From contig CBFFRP010000067.1 in the NCBI GenBank assembly GCA_965644295.1, positions 1 through 64,000 on the forward strand: a stretch of 64,000 nt of DNA, read 5' to 3'. The stretch is from Paraphysomonas bandaiensis (lineage: Eukaryota > Protista > Chrysophyceae). Made by a program: the position numbers and the translations under genes. This document shows, one piece after another, positions 1 through 13,758 of the stretch (positions are counted from its first letter, which is position 1; each line of letters begins with the position of its first letter). The notes beneath the pieces are model-generated. The model ran no database searches. It saw nothing but the letters and a program-made list of their open reading frames with translations, and had not been told where the DNA came from.

Positions 1-141
1 ATATGCACCGTAGGTGAAATACTGTGGCAGTATTTTTTGGGTAGCGTGTGACTATGTTTCACCTACGCCTGGAATATCAACAAAATAAAACTGAAATATC
101 AGATTTTTACCTTACGTGAAATTATCATGGCACACTGAATA

Positions 142-225
142 CCGGAGATTTCTATGTAGAATACAGTAGAATTCCGGAGATTTCTATGTAGAATACAGTA
201 GAATTCCGGAGATTTCTACGTAGAA
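142..225. repeat. 32-bp minisatellite, ~2.6 copies (repeated at 2094-2177)
   Basis: ccggagatttctatgtagaatacagtagaatt starts at 142, 174 and 206 with no spacers. Confidence 0.9.
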
Positions 226-428
226 ATCGTATGCAAAAGATACAAGGTTGTATCTGTATGATATATGTGATCTGCGTAGAAACCATATTCACTTTAATAT
301 CGAACCTACATTGAATATCTTGTCTGTATTTAATACCATGGGTCCTCTCAGATGATACTTCTCCTGCTACATCTCGAGCTTCCTCCTCATCGACTTCAAG
401 AACGTCTCTCATTCTCTTAATTCATGCC

Positions 429-780
429 AAAACAAAGGCAATGTATACTGGCAAAGTGAGGCATATGACGTAGTGCTTTTGTTCTCATTATCCTGAAAGG
501 TTGGATGATGAAGATAAGCTGATAATTTCTGCCAACAAAGACCGAGTGATGGAGTTCTTTGGGGTTCAGTGCAATACAGCTAACGACCGGAAGAAATTAG
601 ATGGACCAAATGATATACCCAATGACAGGAGGACCTCTACAGTGCATTACATGTTAAAGGCTATAGTGCATTAGTGTGAAGACTTTGTGGGACCTCTGAC
701 ATTTTGGTAATGGACAAGAAGGGATCCAACCATATCGGCTTTTATGTGGACTTCAAGCTTTGACAAAAGCTGATAGGGAT
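429..780 (+). pseudogene. Decayed Crypton-like (tyrosine-recombinase transposon) coding fragments; second copy 2381-2732
   Basis: Stop-interrupted translations KTKAMYTGKVRHM..., VMEFFG... and KTLWDL*HFGNGQEGIQPYRLL resemble N- and C-terminal motifs recalled from stramenopile Crypton-type proteins. No catalytic core is visible. Confidence 0.35.
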
Positions 781-3700
781 GATTCTCATCTACGTGCAAG
801 AAAGACAATAGAATTCCTTCTTAAACGAGCATGGGAGTGTACTGAAATGCGATTCCAATCTTGTATTAAGCTGAATCCTAATACGCCCCCTCAATGAAAT
901 AATCAGTGAACCGTAGATAATAGAGAGAATATGAACTATACACACTGAGAGTAAAAACCGGAGTAGCTGTCACTAGTAATAAAAACTGCAGAGGTGCCAT
1001 ATTGTGAGGCCATCATGTATTTGTAAGCTGAATCCTAATAGTTTGGTAGAGTATATGAAAGTGCTTTGAAAGAATTGTATCGGGAGTTAGGAATGGAATG
1101 TAAGGATGTTGGTAATTTCAGATTTCAGTTATGGCAGTTTCTATAGTAGGCTATGTTCTAGTAGTAGAGGTAAGTGAGTACTATTCAATATTATACTAAG
1201 TAGTAATAATATACGCAGTATGTATGTCTACTACAGTATATATATTATTTGCACTTGAAATATATGTAAATTTTTGACTAAGAAAGTTGATTGTATATAA
1301 GCCAGCTACGAAAACCACTGTTAGATATATATTAGGGTCTATTTTCAAGTTTCAAGATATTCGTAGTTTCCAGAAAATTAGGGAAATAAAGCAATACAGA
1401 GAGGTACTGTGACTAATTCAGAAGACCTTGGCCACTGTGGTGTACCAGCGCGTGTGAATGGCAATCAGAAGAGGGCACGTAGTTCACTCAGTTAAGCAAA
1501 CAATAACCAAATCCTCCTTCCTTCATATACGTGAAATAAGAATAGGTGAAGTGGCACGCTATCACCATAATATAACTAATATTTGTTATTTTACGGCGGG
1601 TATGTACGTGTGTGCCTGTCTCAAGGGGTGTATATGTGTATGTATGTGAGAGGGTATGTAGCTCTATTAACAGTCACCCTCACATACATACAAGAACCTG
1701 GATCGCTTCAGAGCAGAGGTTGAAAGAAACACGACGGTGAAGAAGATATTCTTCTGTTTTTGGTGTGGATATCACCTCCTTTCATGGCACTGTTGATAGT
1801 TTAAAGTAACATATGAAGAGATGCGTTATATATGATACATACACACTTCACATAATACAACACGGTATTCCAAAAACACACATCTACAACCGACACAAAC
1901 TGAAAAGTATACATGAGTGTGACAGAATTTCACGTACTCCCGCATTGTATATATATGCACCGTAGGTGAAATACTGTGGCAGTATTTTTTGGGTAGCGTG
2001 TGACTATGTTTCACCTACGCCTGGAATATCAACAAAATAAAACTGAAATATCAGATTTTTACCTTACGTGAAATTATCATGGCACACTGAATACCGGAGA
2101 TTTCTATGTAGAATACAGTAGAATTCCGGAGATTTCTATGTAGAATACAGTAGAATTCCGGAGATTTCTACGTAGAAATCGTATGCAAAAGATACAAGGT
2201 TGTATCTGTATGATATATGTGATCTGCGTAGAAACCATATTCACTTTAATATCGAACCTACATTGAATATCTTGTCTGTATTTAATACCATGGGTCCTCT
2301 CAGATGATACTTCTCCTGCTACATCTCGAGCTTCCTCCTCATCGACTTCAAGAACGTCTCTCATTCTCTTAATTCATGCCAAAACAAAGGCAATGTATAC
2401 TGGCAAAGTGAGGCATATGACGTAGTGCTTTTGTTCTCATTATCCTGAAAGGTTGGATGATGAAGATAAGCTGATAATTTCTGCCAACAAAGACCGAGTG
2501 ATGGAGTTCTTTGGGGTTCAGTGCAATACAGCTAACGACCGGAAGAAATTAGATGGACCAAATGATATACCCAATGACAGGAGGACCTCTACAGTGCATT
2601 ACATGTTAAAGGCTATAGTGCATTAGTGTGAAGACTTTGTGGGACCTCTGACATTTTGGTAATGGACAAGAAGGGATCCAACCATATCGGCTTTTATGTG
2701 GACTTCAAGCTTTGACAAAAGCTGATAGGGATGATTCTCATCTACGTGCAAGAAAGACAATAGAATTCCTTCTTAAACGAGCATGGGAGTGTACTGAAAT
2801 GCGATTCCAATCTTGTATTAAGCTGAATCCTAATACGCCCCCTCAATGAAATAATCAGTGAACCGTAGATAATAGAGAGAATATGAACTATACACACTGA
2901 GAGTAAAAACCGGAGTAGCTGTCACTAGTAATAAAAACTGCAGAGGTGCCATATTGTGAGGCCATCATGTATTTGTAAGCTGAATCCTAATAGTTTGGTA
3001 GAGTATATGAAAGTGCTTTGAAAGAATTGTATCGGGAGTTAGGAATGGAATGTAAGGATGTTGGTAATTTCAGATTTCAGTTATGGCAGTTTCTATAGTA
3101 GGCTATGTTCTAGTAGTAGAGGTAAGTGAGTACTATTCAATATTATACTAAGTAGTAATAATATACGCAGTATGTATGTCTACTACAGTATATATATTAT
3201 TTGCACTTGAAATATATGTAAATTTTTGACTAAGAAAGTTGATTGTATATAAGCCAGCTACGAAAACCACTGTTAGATATATATTAGGGTCTATTTTCAA
3301 GTTTCAAGATATTCGTAGTTTCCAGAAAATTAGGGAAATAAAGCAATACAGAGAGGTACTGTGACTAATTCAGAAGACCTTGGCCACTGTGGTGTACCAG
3401 CGCGTGTGAATGGCAATCAGAAGAGGGCACGTAGTTCACTCAGTTAAGCAAACAATAACCAAATCCTCCTTCCTTAATATACGTGAAATAAGAATAGGTG
3501 AAGTGGCACGCTATCACCATAATATAACTAATATTTGTTATTTTACGGCGGGTATGTACGTGTGTGCCTGTCTCAAGGGGTGTATATGTGTATGTATGTG
3601 AGAGGGTATGTAGCTCTATTAACAGTTACCCTCACATGCATACAAGAACCTGGATCGCTTCAGAGCAGAGGTTGAAAGAAACACGACGGTGAAGAAGATA

Positions 3701-3993
3701 TTCTTCTGTTTCTGGTGTAGATATCACCTCCTCTCATGGCACTGTTGATAGTTTAAAGTAACATATGAAGAGATGCGTTATATGATACATACACACTTCA
3801 CATAATACAACACCGTATTCCAAAATCACACATCTACAACCGACACAAACTGAAAGGTATACATGAGTGTGACAGAATTTCACGTACTCCCGCATTGTAT
3901 ATATATCTACATATCTCGTTTCGTCAGGACCATAATCTCCATAATTATAATACCTTTATATTTTATAATTTTTACAAGACTTACATCAGCTCA

Positions 3994-4065
3994 TCCCGAT
4001 TAGTCCAGTGGTTAGGATATGGCCCTTTCAAGGCTGAGACCCGGGTTCAATTCCCGGATCGGGAA
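3994..4065 (+). tRNA. tRNA-Glu (TTC)
   Basis: Acceptor stem TCCCGAT/ATCGGGA, anticodon loop CT-TTC-AA, T-arm CCGGG-TTCAATT-CCCGG, T-run terminator downstream. Confidence 0.95.
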
Positions 4066-4279
4066 ACTTTTTACTTTTTATTTAATATAATACGTGTACT
4101 GTATACATGCTGTATATGTATTTTGGTCAACTTTCCCAGTTTTTACTTCATACACGGTACATACAACACACAGTACTACATATACCTGTATATATACGTA
4201 TCCATTAACCACATACACAACACATTTAGCAAGTATATTATTATCAGATCATTAGATTTTAATATAAGTATTACTAATC

Positions 4280-5182
4280 ATGGGACTTACTTCTTCAACA
4301 GCTAAACAACCTGAAATTGGAGCGGACAACATATCCACTCCTCCATGGGCAGCAGAACGATCAAAGTGGGTGAATGTTTTCTTTGATGTGGAGGCTGACA
4401 GGTAAAGTATTCGATATGAATGATACACTATTCCCTTATATAGTTTTCAGTAAGCCACTAGGAAGAATTGAAATGAAACTTGCCAGTGATGTTGTGCCGC
4501 GAACGTGAGTATAGTGTGTTTCTTGTTTGTTAGAAGTATTAAATTTATTGCTATATAAACACATAGTGCTGAAAATTTCCGCGCCCTATGCACAGGTATG
4601 TATATAGATTATATTTTTATCATATGATTCACGTATGTTATTAGGAGAAAAAGGAAATGGTAAGAGTGGAAAACCTCTCAGCTACAAGGGAAGCCTTTTC
4701 CATCGTGTCATACCGGGTTTCATGTGTCAGGGGGGTGACTTTACGGTACGAGATGCAAGTAGTCCTATTACTATAGCTAAATGCTTCGTAGCGATTCAAT
4801 GGAACGGGTGGGGAGTCCATCTATGGAAACAAATTCCAAGACGAAGATTTCACGCTCAGGTCAGCGGTTATCACATGCATCGATTATTATGTTGATATCT
4901 TAATTTCAAGGCACACTGGCCCAGGGATTCTCTCAATGGCAAACGCTGGCCCTAATACTAATGGCTCTCAGTTTTTCATTTGCACTGCGGCGACGCCGCA
5001 CTTGGACGGGAAGCATGTGGTGTTCGGGTATGTGAGCAAGGGTATGAACATCGTGCGCGCGATAGAGGGATATGGATCAAGAGGAGTGAGTGCACGATCT
5101 TTTTATTCATTCACTTTAATTTAAACAAATACAGGGTGCGACGTCGGCAAAAATTTCTATTGCAAACTGTGGAGAGTTGTAA
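4280..5182 (+). CDS. Cyclophilin-type PPIase with N-terminal extension (multi-exon)
   Basis: Spliced read: MGLTSSTAK...VFFDV...PLGRIEM...[17 protein letters not shown]...[16 protein letters not shown]...[17 protein letters not shown]...[10 protein letters not shown]...IANCGEL*. Confidence 0.93.
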
Positions 5183-5924
5183 TTAGTGTACCTGATAGCT
5201 AACAACCGCAGTTAGCATCTGTTCCTATGGCATGATAAATGTGAAGTTAAGATAATAATCACAACGTCATCACTTGAGTTGAATATAATTTATTTTCTTA
5301 GTGCAATGATATTACGTTTATTTAGCCAGGGAGAAGGAATGGTATTATTATGACAGACTATGCCTTCAAATTTGTAGATTTCTCTATGAGTGCAAGATAA
5401 TTACATGGAACAACATGACAAGATGACAAGTTCATTATTCATTAGGTCCATGAAAGTTATAGGTTATACTAGGTTTAGTTTACTCATAGCTCATAGACAA
5501 GCAACAAACTAAATAGTTGCACAAGATTTATATATCTGCTGACTAAAGACTAAAGTGCACTTCAGTACAGTATATGTCTGATACCCAGCGGCTTACAAAT
5601 ACAGTATACTTGTTTACTGCTTACCCGAGAATAACCTTCAAAACTTATGACTTTATGAATTCTTTTTCGATTCTATACTATATAAGTCAGAAAGAAAACA
5701 ATGATATATATAGTACCAATTGGTTCAATGCTACGCATGTCATTGATACCAAGAAATTCTTACAACTCACTACTTATAAGTCATTCTCTCGCCATAGTAG
5801 ATATTTCGCATTAATGCCGTTGGAAAATCATTCTAAAATAGCTATTTTGACATCTCTAAGATTCCAAGCATTTACATCACACAAAGGAATAAACAGAAAA
5901 ATCACCATGAAATATCGTGTTGAT

Positions 5925-7376
5925 CTACACTATAGCACTTCGTGTATTGCCTGTGTGTTGCATAGTTTCAGACTTCGGGGGAACCATGGGTTGAAAGGAG
6001 TACATATATGACGCAATATTTACCAGCACCTGTAATAAGATAGTTACAAATGTAATAAACTACAAAATAGGTTCGCGTACCGCTCCCCATACAAACATGG
6101 TAGTTGGCTCAAAGTCGAATAGCACTACACTCAGTAGACATGATAATATGATAGAAAATGAAGTTGCAAAGCCTTTGAGAATATTATCAGCGTACTTCAC
6201 AACAACTGCAACCACAAGCCCACCAACGGCCTAATATTAAGTGTCATGCACATTAAAAAGAAGTATCAAACTGAAAACCTGAAGTGCTATGACTCCACAC
6301 ACGACAGAGTTGTACCCAAAGAAGAAACCCTTCGCATTTATTTTCTCATAATCCTAAGGAAACCGTAGTATTTTAATACGCCCGTCAAGTTGATACCGAA
6401 ACAATAATAATTTCATATTTTCAATGACAAAACACATATTTCAGGATATTGTGTAATAACAGCAGAAGACAACAATAAGTACCGCGTAATAAGCTCCACC
6501 AAAAGAGAGCACAATTGAGGTGATTCCCATTTGAATGTTCCGCACCCACACAGTCGACTTAGATCCCTTTAAAATACTCTCAAAGTACACGCCGGCAAAT
6601 CCCGACAAAATGGTGGCAAACATAACCGCTACAAACCCGACGAGTTGGTCACTGGATTCATTATCTTCGGAGGGAGACATCTGCATAAAAAATACATCTC
6701 TGTCAACGTCAAAGTAATAGTGTGATTTCAAAAACTCACTGTTGCTAGTTGTGTTATTCCAACACCAGCGGTGAGAACAACAAGTGCTCCCCACCTGAAA
6801 CACAAAAGATCTTTAACCCAACCCGACTAAAGCATACGACAACGACTTACTGAAGTGTTGATAGCTTTTTGTTTAAAATAAAAACTGAAAAAACAGCAGT
6901 AGTCAAAATCTTTGCCTGTATCGAAACTTAGATAGAAACACTGACACGCAGTATATACCTGATAGCACAATTGAAAAGATGCTGCATTGAGTCTACTCAA
7001 TGCAAAGTACTGTAAATTATTCTGGATCGTGTAAATTAATGATGGTACAGATGTTCGTAAGAGTTCCATCCATGACAAACTCTCCCGCATTTCAACCAAG
7101 AATTTATTTACATTGAACTCATTCTGAGAAAATACTACGAAGTTGCAGATGATGAACTTAAGTGCCTGCACATATTCTCAATCAGGTGATAGTATCGGAG
7201 GAATATCAATCGATCACCTCAGAAAGAGCAACAGCAGTAGAAGTTGTGTACATATCACCCTCTACAGTACGACTGTATCGCATTAATAGTACTAATAGGG
7301 TGTTCTGGAGGACAAGTATTGCAAGTGCAACATGTTTTAATGAAAACAACTGTGAAATCCATGATATCACTTTCAT
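5925..7376 (-). CDS. SLC35A-family nucleotide-sugar (UDP-Gal/UDP-GlcNAc-type) transporter (multi-exon)
   Basis: Motifs [60 protein letters not shown]. Confidence 0.92.
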
Positions 7377-7859
7377 TTCCAATTCACAAAACGCTTTGAG
7401 TGTTCTTATTGCATCTACTTCTTACTCTGTAAAATCCAGAAAGAATAACCCTTTCCTATACCACTATGATGGTTAATATGCACGATATTATGTTGCTGGA
7501 CATTTGCAACTCTTGAAACCTCTGCTCAACAGCGCTCTCCTCTTCAAACTGCTGTACTCATATACCACTGTATTTCTAGGTATGGTGGACAGACTACACC
7601 ACGACTTGGTTTTGAATCTGCTGATGATGCTATCTTGTACTAGAACAATGTATGGTATTGCTGTACACATCTGTACAGCAGGGTGTGTATGTATGATACG
7701 ATGGCCACACTCAAGTGAATATCGTACATATGGTAGCTCCCATACCTTCTCATATACATATATATATATGGCATAGTGTGTTCACCATACAGAACATAAC
7801 AACACTATATCCTCATATTAACCGCCCTGATTATATCTATAATCACACATCTATTGACT

Positions 7860-9820
7860 ATGTCTAGAGTGTACTTCTCTCTGAGTACAGTGTTTATTTT
7901 ATTATCTCTTGTAAAGGGCTCTACAACCCCGACACAGGTACACTATCGCCCTCATCACTCTCTATCAACATATTGATATATATTATAGGTCCACATTGCT
8001 TTAGCTGGGGCTGATAGTAATGGGAACTCCAATAGCATGGCTGTGTCATGGCAGACTGAGGAGAACACGGCCACATCTGTTGTGTATTACGGCACACAGC
8101 CTGGGGACTATCAGGATGTTTCGCAGGGGAAATCCTCATCATGTATGTGCGATGTATTCAAATGTGTTAGTTTATGATGTGATATTAGACTACGAGACCT
8201 TCCACCACCATGTTGTCATTGGTCCTTTGACTCCGGACACAACATATTACTACAAAGTTGGTGATGGTGACGGTGGTTACAGCCAAGAGTTTAAGTTCAG
8301 ATCTGCCCCTCTCTCATCCAAGAACATGAATCTAACATTTGCTGTGTTTGCTGACCTCGGTATGATCACCTGATACTGTTTTTGAGTTGTTTGTATGTGA
8401 CATATGGTCATGTAGGACTGAATAACGGTGACGCGACTGTAAACTTTCTAAAAAGTATTCAAGATGAAGTTGCACTTATCTGGCACGGTGGTGATGTGTC
8501 CTATGTACGTCTATGCTCCCTTCTTCTACTTTACTTTATACATGACAATTTGCATATATTTTTATAAACCTTAACAATATCTTCGGTGACGATATACAAT
8601 ATCGCAGGCGGACGATTCTTTCTTGCATGTCGGATGTGCCACCAAGTTCTGCTATGAGCAGGTGTGGGATGATTACATGAACGAAATTGAGCCCATTGCA
8701 TCTGCGTTGCCCTATATGACTGCTGTGGGTAACCATGAGGTTGAATGCCATGACCCAGCCTGTTTAGCGGACTCGGAGAAACGTGATAAACTCAGCAACT
8801 TCTCTGCATATAACACTCGTTTCCGCATGCCCTCTTCTGAATCTGGCTCTGGGGCATTAAACATGCACTTCAGCTTCAACTATGGGCCTGTTCATTTCAT
8901 TTCAATCGATACTGAGACGGGATACCCCGGTGCTGCGGAGGAGACCAGGTATGTTCTCCCATGTGGCGGGTTCGAAGAGCAGTTGGGATGGCTAGAGGAC
9001 GATCTCAAGAAGGCTAATGAGGAGAGGGACGTGAGACCTTGGGTGTTTGTACAGGGCCATCATCCTATGTACCAGGGTAATAGCATCAATAAGGAATTCC
9101 AGGCGGCCATGGAAGACCTATTTTATACTTATGGCGTCGACGTATATTTCTCAGGCCACGTGCACTCTTATGAGAGAGATGTACCGGTGAGCTCCATATA
9201 CTCATAAACTCGTTGCAATTCTTGCTGTATGCATTGTTATGCTGTAGGGAAATTTCATTACACTACATCGTGTGATATATTCATTGTCGTGTAGGTATAC
9301 AATGGTGTGATTGACCCCAATGGCTACAACAACCCTGCTGCCACTACTTATCTTATGATTGGAGGGGCCGGTAACGACGAAATGCACGGAGCTCAGGTAC
9401 TATATCCTTCAGGCATTACATATTATATTCTCGTAGCTTTCATGAAGTGTTTCTGTCATTTGTACAGTTACTCTTTGCTGTTGCGTTTTTTGTATAAACC
9501 CAAAGTGCGAGTCACTCATGAATCATTTCGTTTAGGTGTCTGCCGCGGCGGCTTCTGGTGCCACCACTGTGCCATCAAAGCCTGTGGTTCCTGGAAGTTC
9601 AGTTCCTACGGAGGGACAAGGAAAATGGAGAGCATCCACCAAGAATGGCGCCTGGACTGCTGTCACCGATCATGACTACTTTGGCATTGGCAAGGTGACC
9701 ATTATGGACGAGTCCACCCTTGTTTTCGACTACTTCCGCACTGGTACAGGGGAGCTGCATGATTCTGTCACACTTAAGCGAGATCACTCCGCGCTCACAA
9801 GAAAGTTTAAAAAGCACTAA
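7860..9820 (+). CDS. Secreted purple acid phosphatase (FN3-like N-domain + metallophosphoesterase)
   Basis: Signal-peptide-like start MSRVYFSLSTVFILLSLVKG; metal-ligand motifs DLG, GDVSY, GNHE, GHHP, GHVH. Confidence 0.93.
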
Positions 9821-10785
9821 TAACTCGGAATACTGTGCTTCCTAACGTTACAAGTGGTTATGGTGCTCTGGTTGACAACACCTACAGCCTATAACTCGCA
9901 GTAATGATGTATGTAATGATAACTCTTAAGATGATATCTTGTGTGAGATGCGATGCCATGAATTCTTGCATCGCTTATGAATAAATATCAACTTAATAAC
10001 GTATTCGTATTGATGGTTCATGGTACTGCAGTTGTCAAGTCTACTCTACACTCTACACCCTAGGTTGCATTTGCGTAGCTATATGTGTTCGCTTAGTTGA
10101 GAATGACACTACCACTATGCTTGCGGCGAAGTTTAAAGAGTTCTCGTATAAAATTATTTAAGAATTCTATACCAAAATTTGACTATTAGGATGGTGAAAT
10201 AACTTAAGTAGCTAGCTAACTAAACTTGAACTCACAGTAATTTATGAGAAATATTATAATAATAATATCTCACCATTTCATTGATATTCTTCGCCACTTT
10301 TATATTCTCTCCTCTACCAACTAATATTATCAGATCTTAAATTGACGATAGATACGATGTTATACAGTCAAACTATTTCAGCTTCTCTAACATAATCCAT
10401 ATCTAACATAACATAATAGTTTGAAATATTCAAATCAAGCAATGTCATTCTTAAACTAACGGTTAAAATTCGAATGCCATAAAAAATTAAAAATACAGCT
10501 TTCACTTGTTTACCAATACAAGAAAAACGTAACATTCTCTCGAATATCACAAAAATTAATTCTGTTGAAACTCCACGGCTTCTACGAATATATAGAAGGA
10601 ATCTAATATTCCTAGTCAATACGGGGGAAATTCTTTGACACACCAAGTTTGGTATAAACCACTACCATCAAATAATATAATTTATCAGTTTACAGTGACT
10701 ACGTGTTTATTAGTTCTCAAAACTAAATATTTTCACTCATTCATGAGAGCATACTCCAGCCATAAATGGATGAATGCAGCCTGTA

Positions 10786-11135
10786 TAGTAGTTAATGTCG
10801 CAATAGGCGTTTAAGAGTCAGAACTATTCTAGCATTACTGTAGCAATTCAACTAACTAGTGCTTAACTCTGATGTTCTACTATTTAACACTACAAAAGCA
10901 GTTTGTGTGTCATCGCAAGCACCAAGGTGGGCCCAGTCCTGGACACCTGTGTTCGTCAGGGCCGACGTCTACATAAGCAACACTTCTATTAGTGTTCCTT
11001 GTACACACAAGCATTTGGCTATGAGTGGGAAGAAAATTATCTGCTGACTGTATATGCGGCTCACGTTAGTTTCCCGGAGAAATTTCTCCGGTACGAATTC
11101 CCTAGAAGAGGTGCGAGTCCGACTTTGTTGAGGGT
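10786..11135 (+). repeat. Dispersed structured repeat family, copy A (internally deleted)
   Basis: Shares blocks caataggcgtt, taagagtcagaacta, tagtgcttaactctgat, gcaccaaggtg, caagcatttggctatgagtgg, gctcacgttagtttc and gactttgttgaggg with 20466-20960 and with 22053-22547 (minus strand). Confidence 0.9.
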
Positions 11136-11782
11136 AGTTTGTATATATGTAATACATCGCTTTTCATTTTCGCATTCAAAAGTGAATCGGGAAGGTTTTC
11201 GTTACTAAGTTCGAGCTAGTTTAACAGCTTCCTCCTTCATTTCATGGCTTCAAGCCACACTATCTTACGGTTGGCAGGGTTATCGTCAAGGCACCCTTAT
11301 CGTCTTAGAGAACAGAGCACGGCACTACCATCACATATTTAATATTTAATAATGAGGCTCTACACCGCAAACTACGCACATACCATTCAGGTACCGAGGG
11401 TGGCTCAAGTACGTGTTCCTCTAGTCCCCTGGTCCAAGGGCCATATCATAGTTGGATATATCATTGATATAGGTCCTCGCTGCATCGTCAGGCCGACCGC
11501 ATTTAGCTCGACATGTGTTTCACATCAATGCCCCTCAGTGCTCAGGACATAATTATGACGTGTAACTCTGACCCTACAAATATATCAAAAGTAACGCTAT
11601 CAAGTCGAGGAAGTATTTGATGAATGCACAACAGCAATCCTAGTTTATAACCATTAAGATAGTGAGTATTAATTATTCAATTAAGTTATTTCTTCTTAAC
11701 AAGCTAACATACAATGAGGAGTGCAGTTTCTATTACAAATATCTATATGAAAGATCCCTCGACACTAAATCTACTAATATGG

Positions 11783-12397
11783 TTAACGAACATGAAACTT
11801 GATTGTCGCTCTTAAATCTGGGCCGAGTGGAACATCAAACCCATTAGATTTCGGATCAATACGCATTCCACTTTCTCGCTCAAAAAGTTCAAGGCATGCT
11901 ATAAACTTTTTAAACGTTTCAACTTCTGCAGGACAAGCACGTCGATGAAGCCATTCTCCGATCGATCCTTTCATTCCATCAAAGTCAGCGAACTCATCAA
12001 TTTCAGGGATGTCGTCGTGCCATTTTTCCGTGTCCTCATTATTCTTCTCTCTCCTACGTGTTGTACCAAACATGTCAGCCAGTTCTCTATATCTGACGCT
12101 TTGCCCTTTTGATACAGTAAGTTTAGCGATGAGATGGTGAAACTCTCTCCGTGTTATTGTGTCTCTTGGTAAGAGATTTCTAAATGCATCAATAAGATCA
12201 TCCGGATGAATCACACCATCATGATTTAAATCCATATCTTCACATTCCTCAATAATGGATTCTATTTTAACATTGTTATCACGTAATTTCTTGTTAATAG
12301 ACTCTATCGCATCATTCTGAGCCTTTTCAAGACGTGTTCGCTCTCTAACATCAGCATTCTCTCGTCTCGACACTTGAAATCGTCTTGTATTAATCAT
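11783..12397 (-). CDS. Hypothetical protein with an EF-hand-like loop
   Basis: 204-aa intronless ORF; DLNHDGVIHPDD resembles an EF-hand loop. Confidence 0.7.
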   Translation of the reverse strand: MINTRRFQVSRRENADVRERTRLEKAQNDAIESINKKLRDNNVKIESIIEECEDMDLNHDGVIHPDDLIDAFRNLLPRDTITRREFHHLIAKLTVSKGQSVRYRELADMFGTTRRREKNNEDTEKWHDDIPEIDEFADFDGMKGSIGEWLHRRACPAEVETFKKFIACLELFERESGMRIDPKSNGFDVPLGPDLRATIKFHVR

Positions 12398-12785
12398 ATT
12401 ACTATAAAGTATACAAGATATAATATACAGTACTATGAATTATAAACAGAGTATAGTATTGTAACCTTCTATCTAGATGCCTGTTTCAATACTTACAGTG
12501 ATATGTATGTATATTCCACTCTAGTTATATGCCTCACAACATTTGACTGAATCACTTTATATGAAAATCACTGTAAAGAAAAAAAACACACCAACGGTCT
12601 TGTTGATAGAACCCATCAGCCCGTTTGTCCCAGTATACCGTATACTCCTCTATGGGAATCCTCACATAGGTGCATATGAAGAATATTTCAGGAATTTCAG
12701 TGACTGAAGAGTGTTAGGAATCTTAATATATCTTTGAGATGGTATGTCATAATATATAACTCAATATTAGTTATAAGAATCAGTT

Positions 12786-13758
12786 ATGTCTTCCCATGTT
12801 TCTTACTTTGATCCCATGGGTGTGCATGGTTATCATTACCTCTTTAAATGTCTACTCTTAGGAGATTCATCAGTAGGTGCGTGCAATCGACTACTCTGAT
12901 ATGTTTATTAATAGCATTACTTGACTGCTTTATTAGGCAAATCATCCATTGTTGAGAGGTATCACTTCCATTATTATCAAGTTGTGGTGAAGTATCTAAC
13001 ATTCTGCAGATACGTGGAGAATAAGTTCAGCTCCGACTTCATTACGACCATTGGTACATTTTCAATCATCCTCCAATAGATTTTATTACATGTCTGTAAT
13101 GTAGGTGTTGACTTCAAAGTACAATCATTTTCATGGGATGACAAAATTGTCAAGCTACAGGTACTAGATACTAATTTTTCTAACCACACTAATGCCTATG
13201 ACTCTAATATCTACTAGATATGGGATACAGCAGGTAGGAGGTGCGGGGAACAACCATTATGGTATAATGATTATCTTAATAGGCCAAGAACGATTTCGCT
13301 GTATAGTTAAGAATTATTATAGAGGAGCCAATGGTGTCATCATCGTATACGATATTTCTGACCCAGAAACTGCTCGAGGGGTAGTAAAATGGATTAAAGA
13401 AGTTGAAGAATATACGTCAAGTAATACCTCTATAATACTTGTGGGAAACAAGACTGATTTAGTAGAAAATGGTTTGGTTCATGATGACACAGTGGAAGAA
13501 ACTCGTGCTATTATTCAATCTATTCTTGACTGCTATCCTGACATATCCAATTACGAATGTAGCGCAAAACAAGGATGCCATGTAGAAGATGCATTTATAG
13601 GTTTGGTTAAGCGAATGATAAACACTAGACGATCAGAATATGACCCTTACGGTTCGAGACTTCAGCCTAAGGATTCAACTAGCCAGGGAGGTGCGCTGAG
13701 ACTATCTTCTACTTCAATCATTGGAAGTAGTGGCATATTTTCATCTTGCTGCTCTTGA
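12786..13758 (+). CDS. Rab-family small GTPase (Rab1/Rab8-like), with micro-exons
   Basis: Spliced GDSSVGKS, FITTIGVDFK, IWDTAGQERFR, YYRGA, GNKTD, ECSAK; C-terminal CCS prenylation motif. Confidence 0.93.

Larger units (their letters stand above)
1..3906. repeat. Direct tandem duplication, period 1952 bp (units 1-1952 and 1953-~3906)
   Basis: Position 1 (atatgcaccgtagg) recurs at 1953. The units look identical apart from a few substitutions and a 2-bp indel in the last ~450 bp of unit 2. Duplicated ORFs appear in the track (152/2104, 1458/3410). Confidence 0.97.

Noticed and set aside
142-225. CRISPR-like 32-bp repeats
   Set aside because: Contiguous tandem copies with no spacers, no cas genes, and a eukaryotic context.
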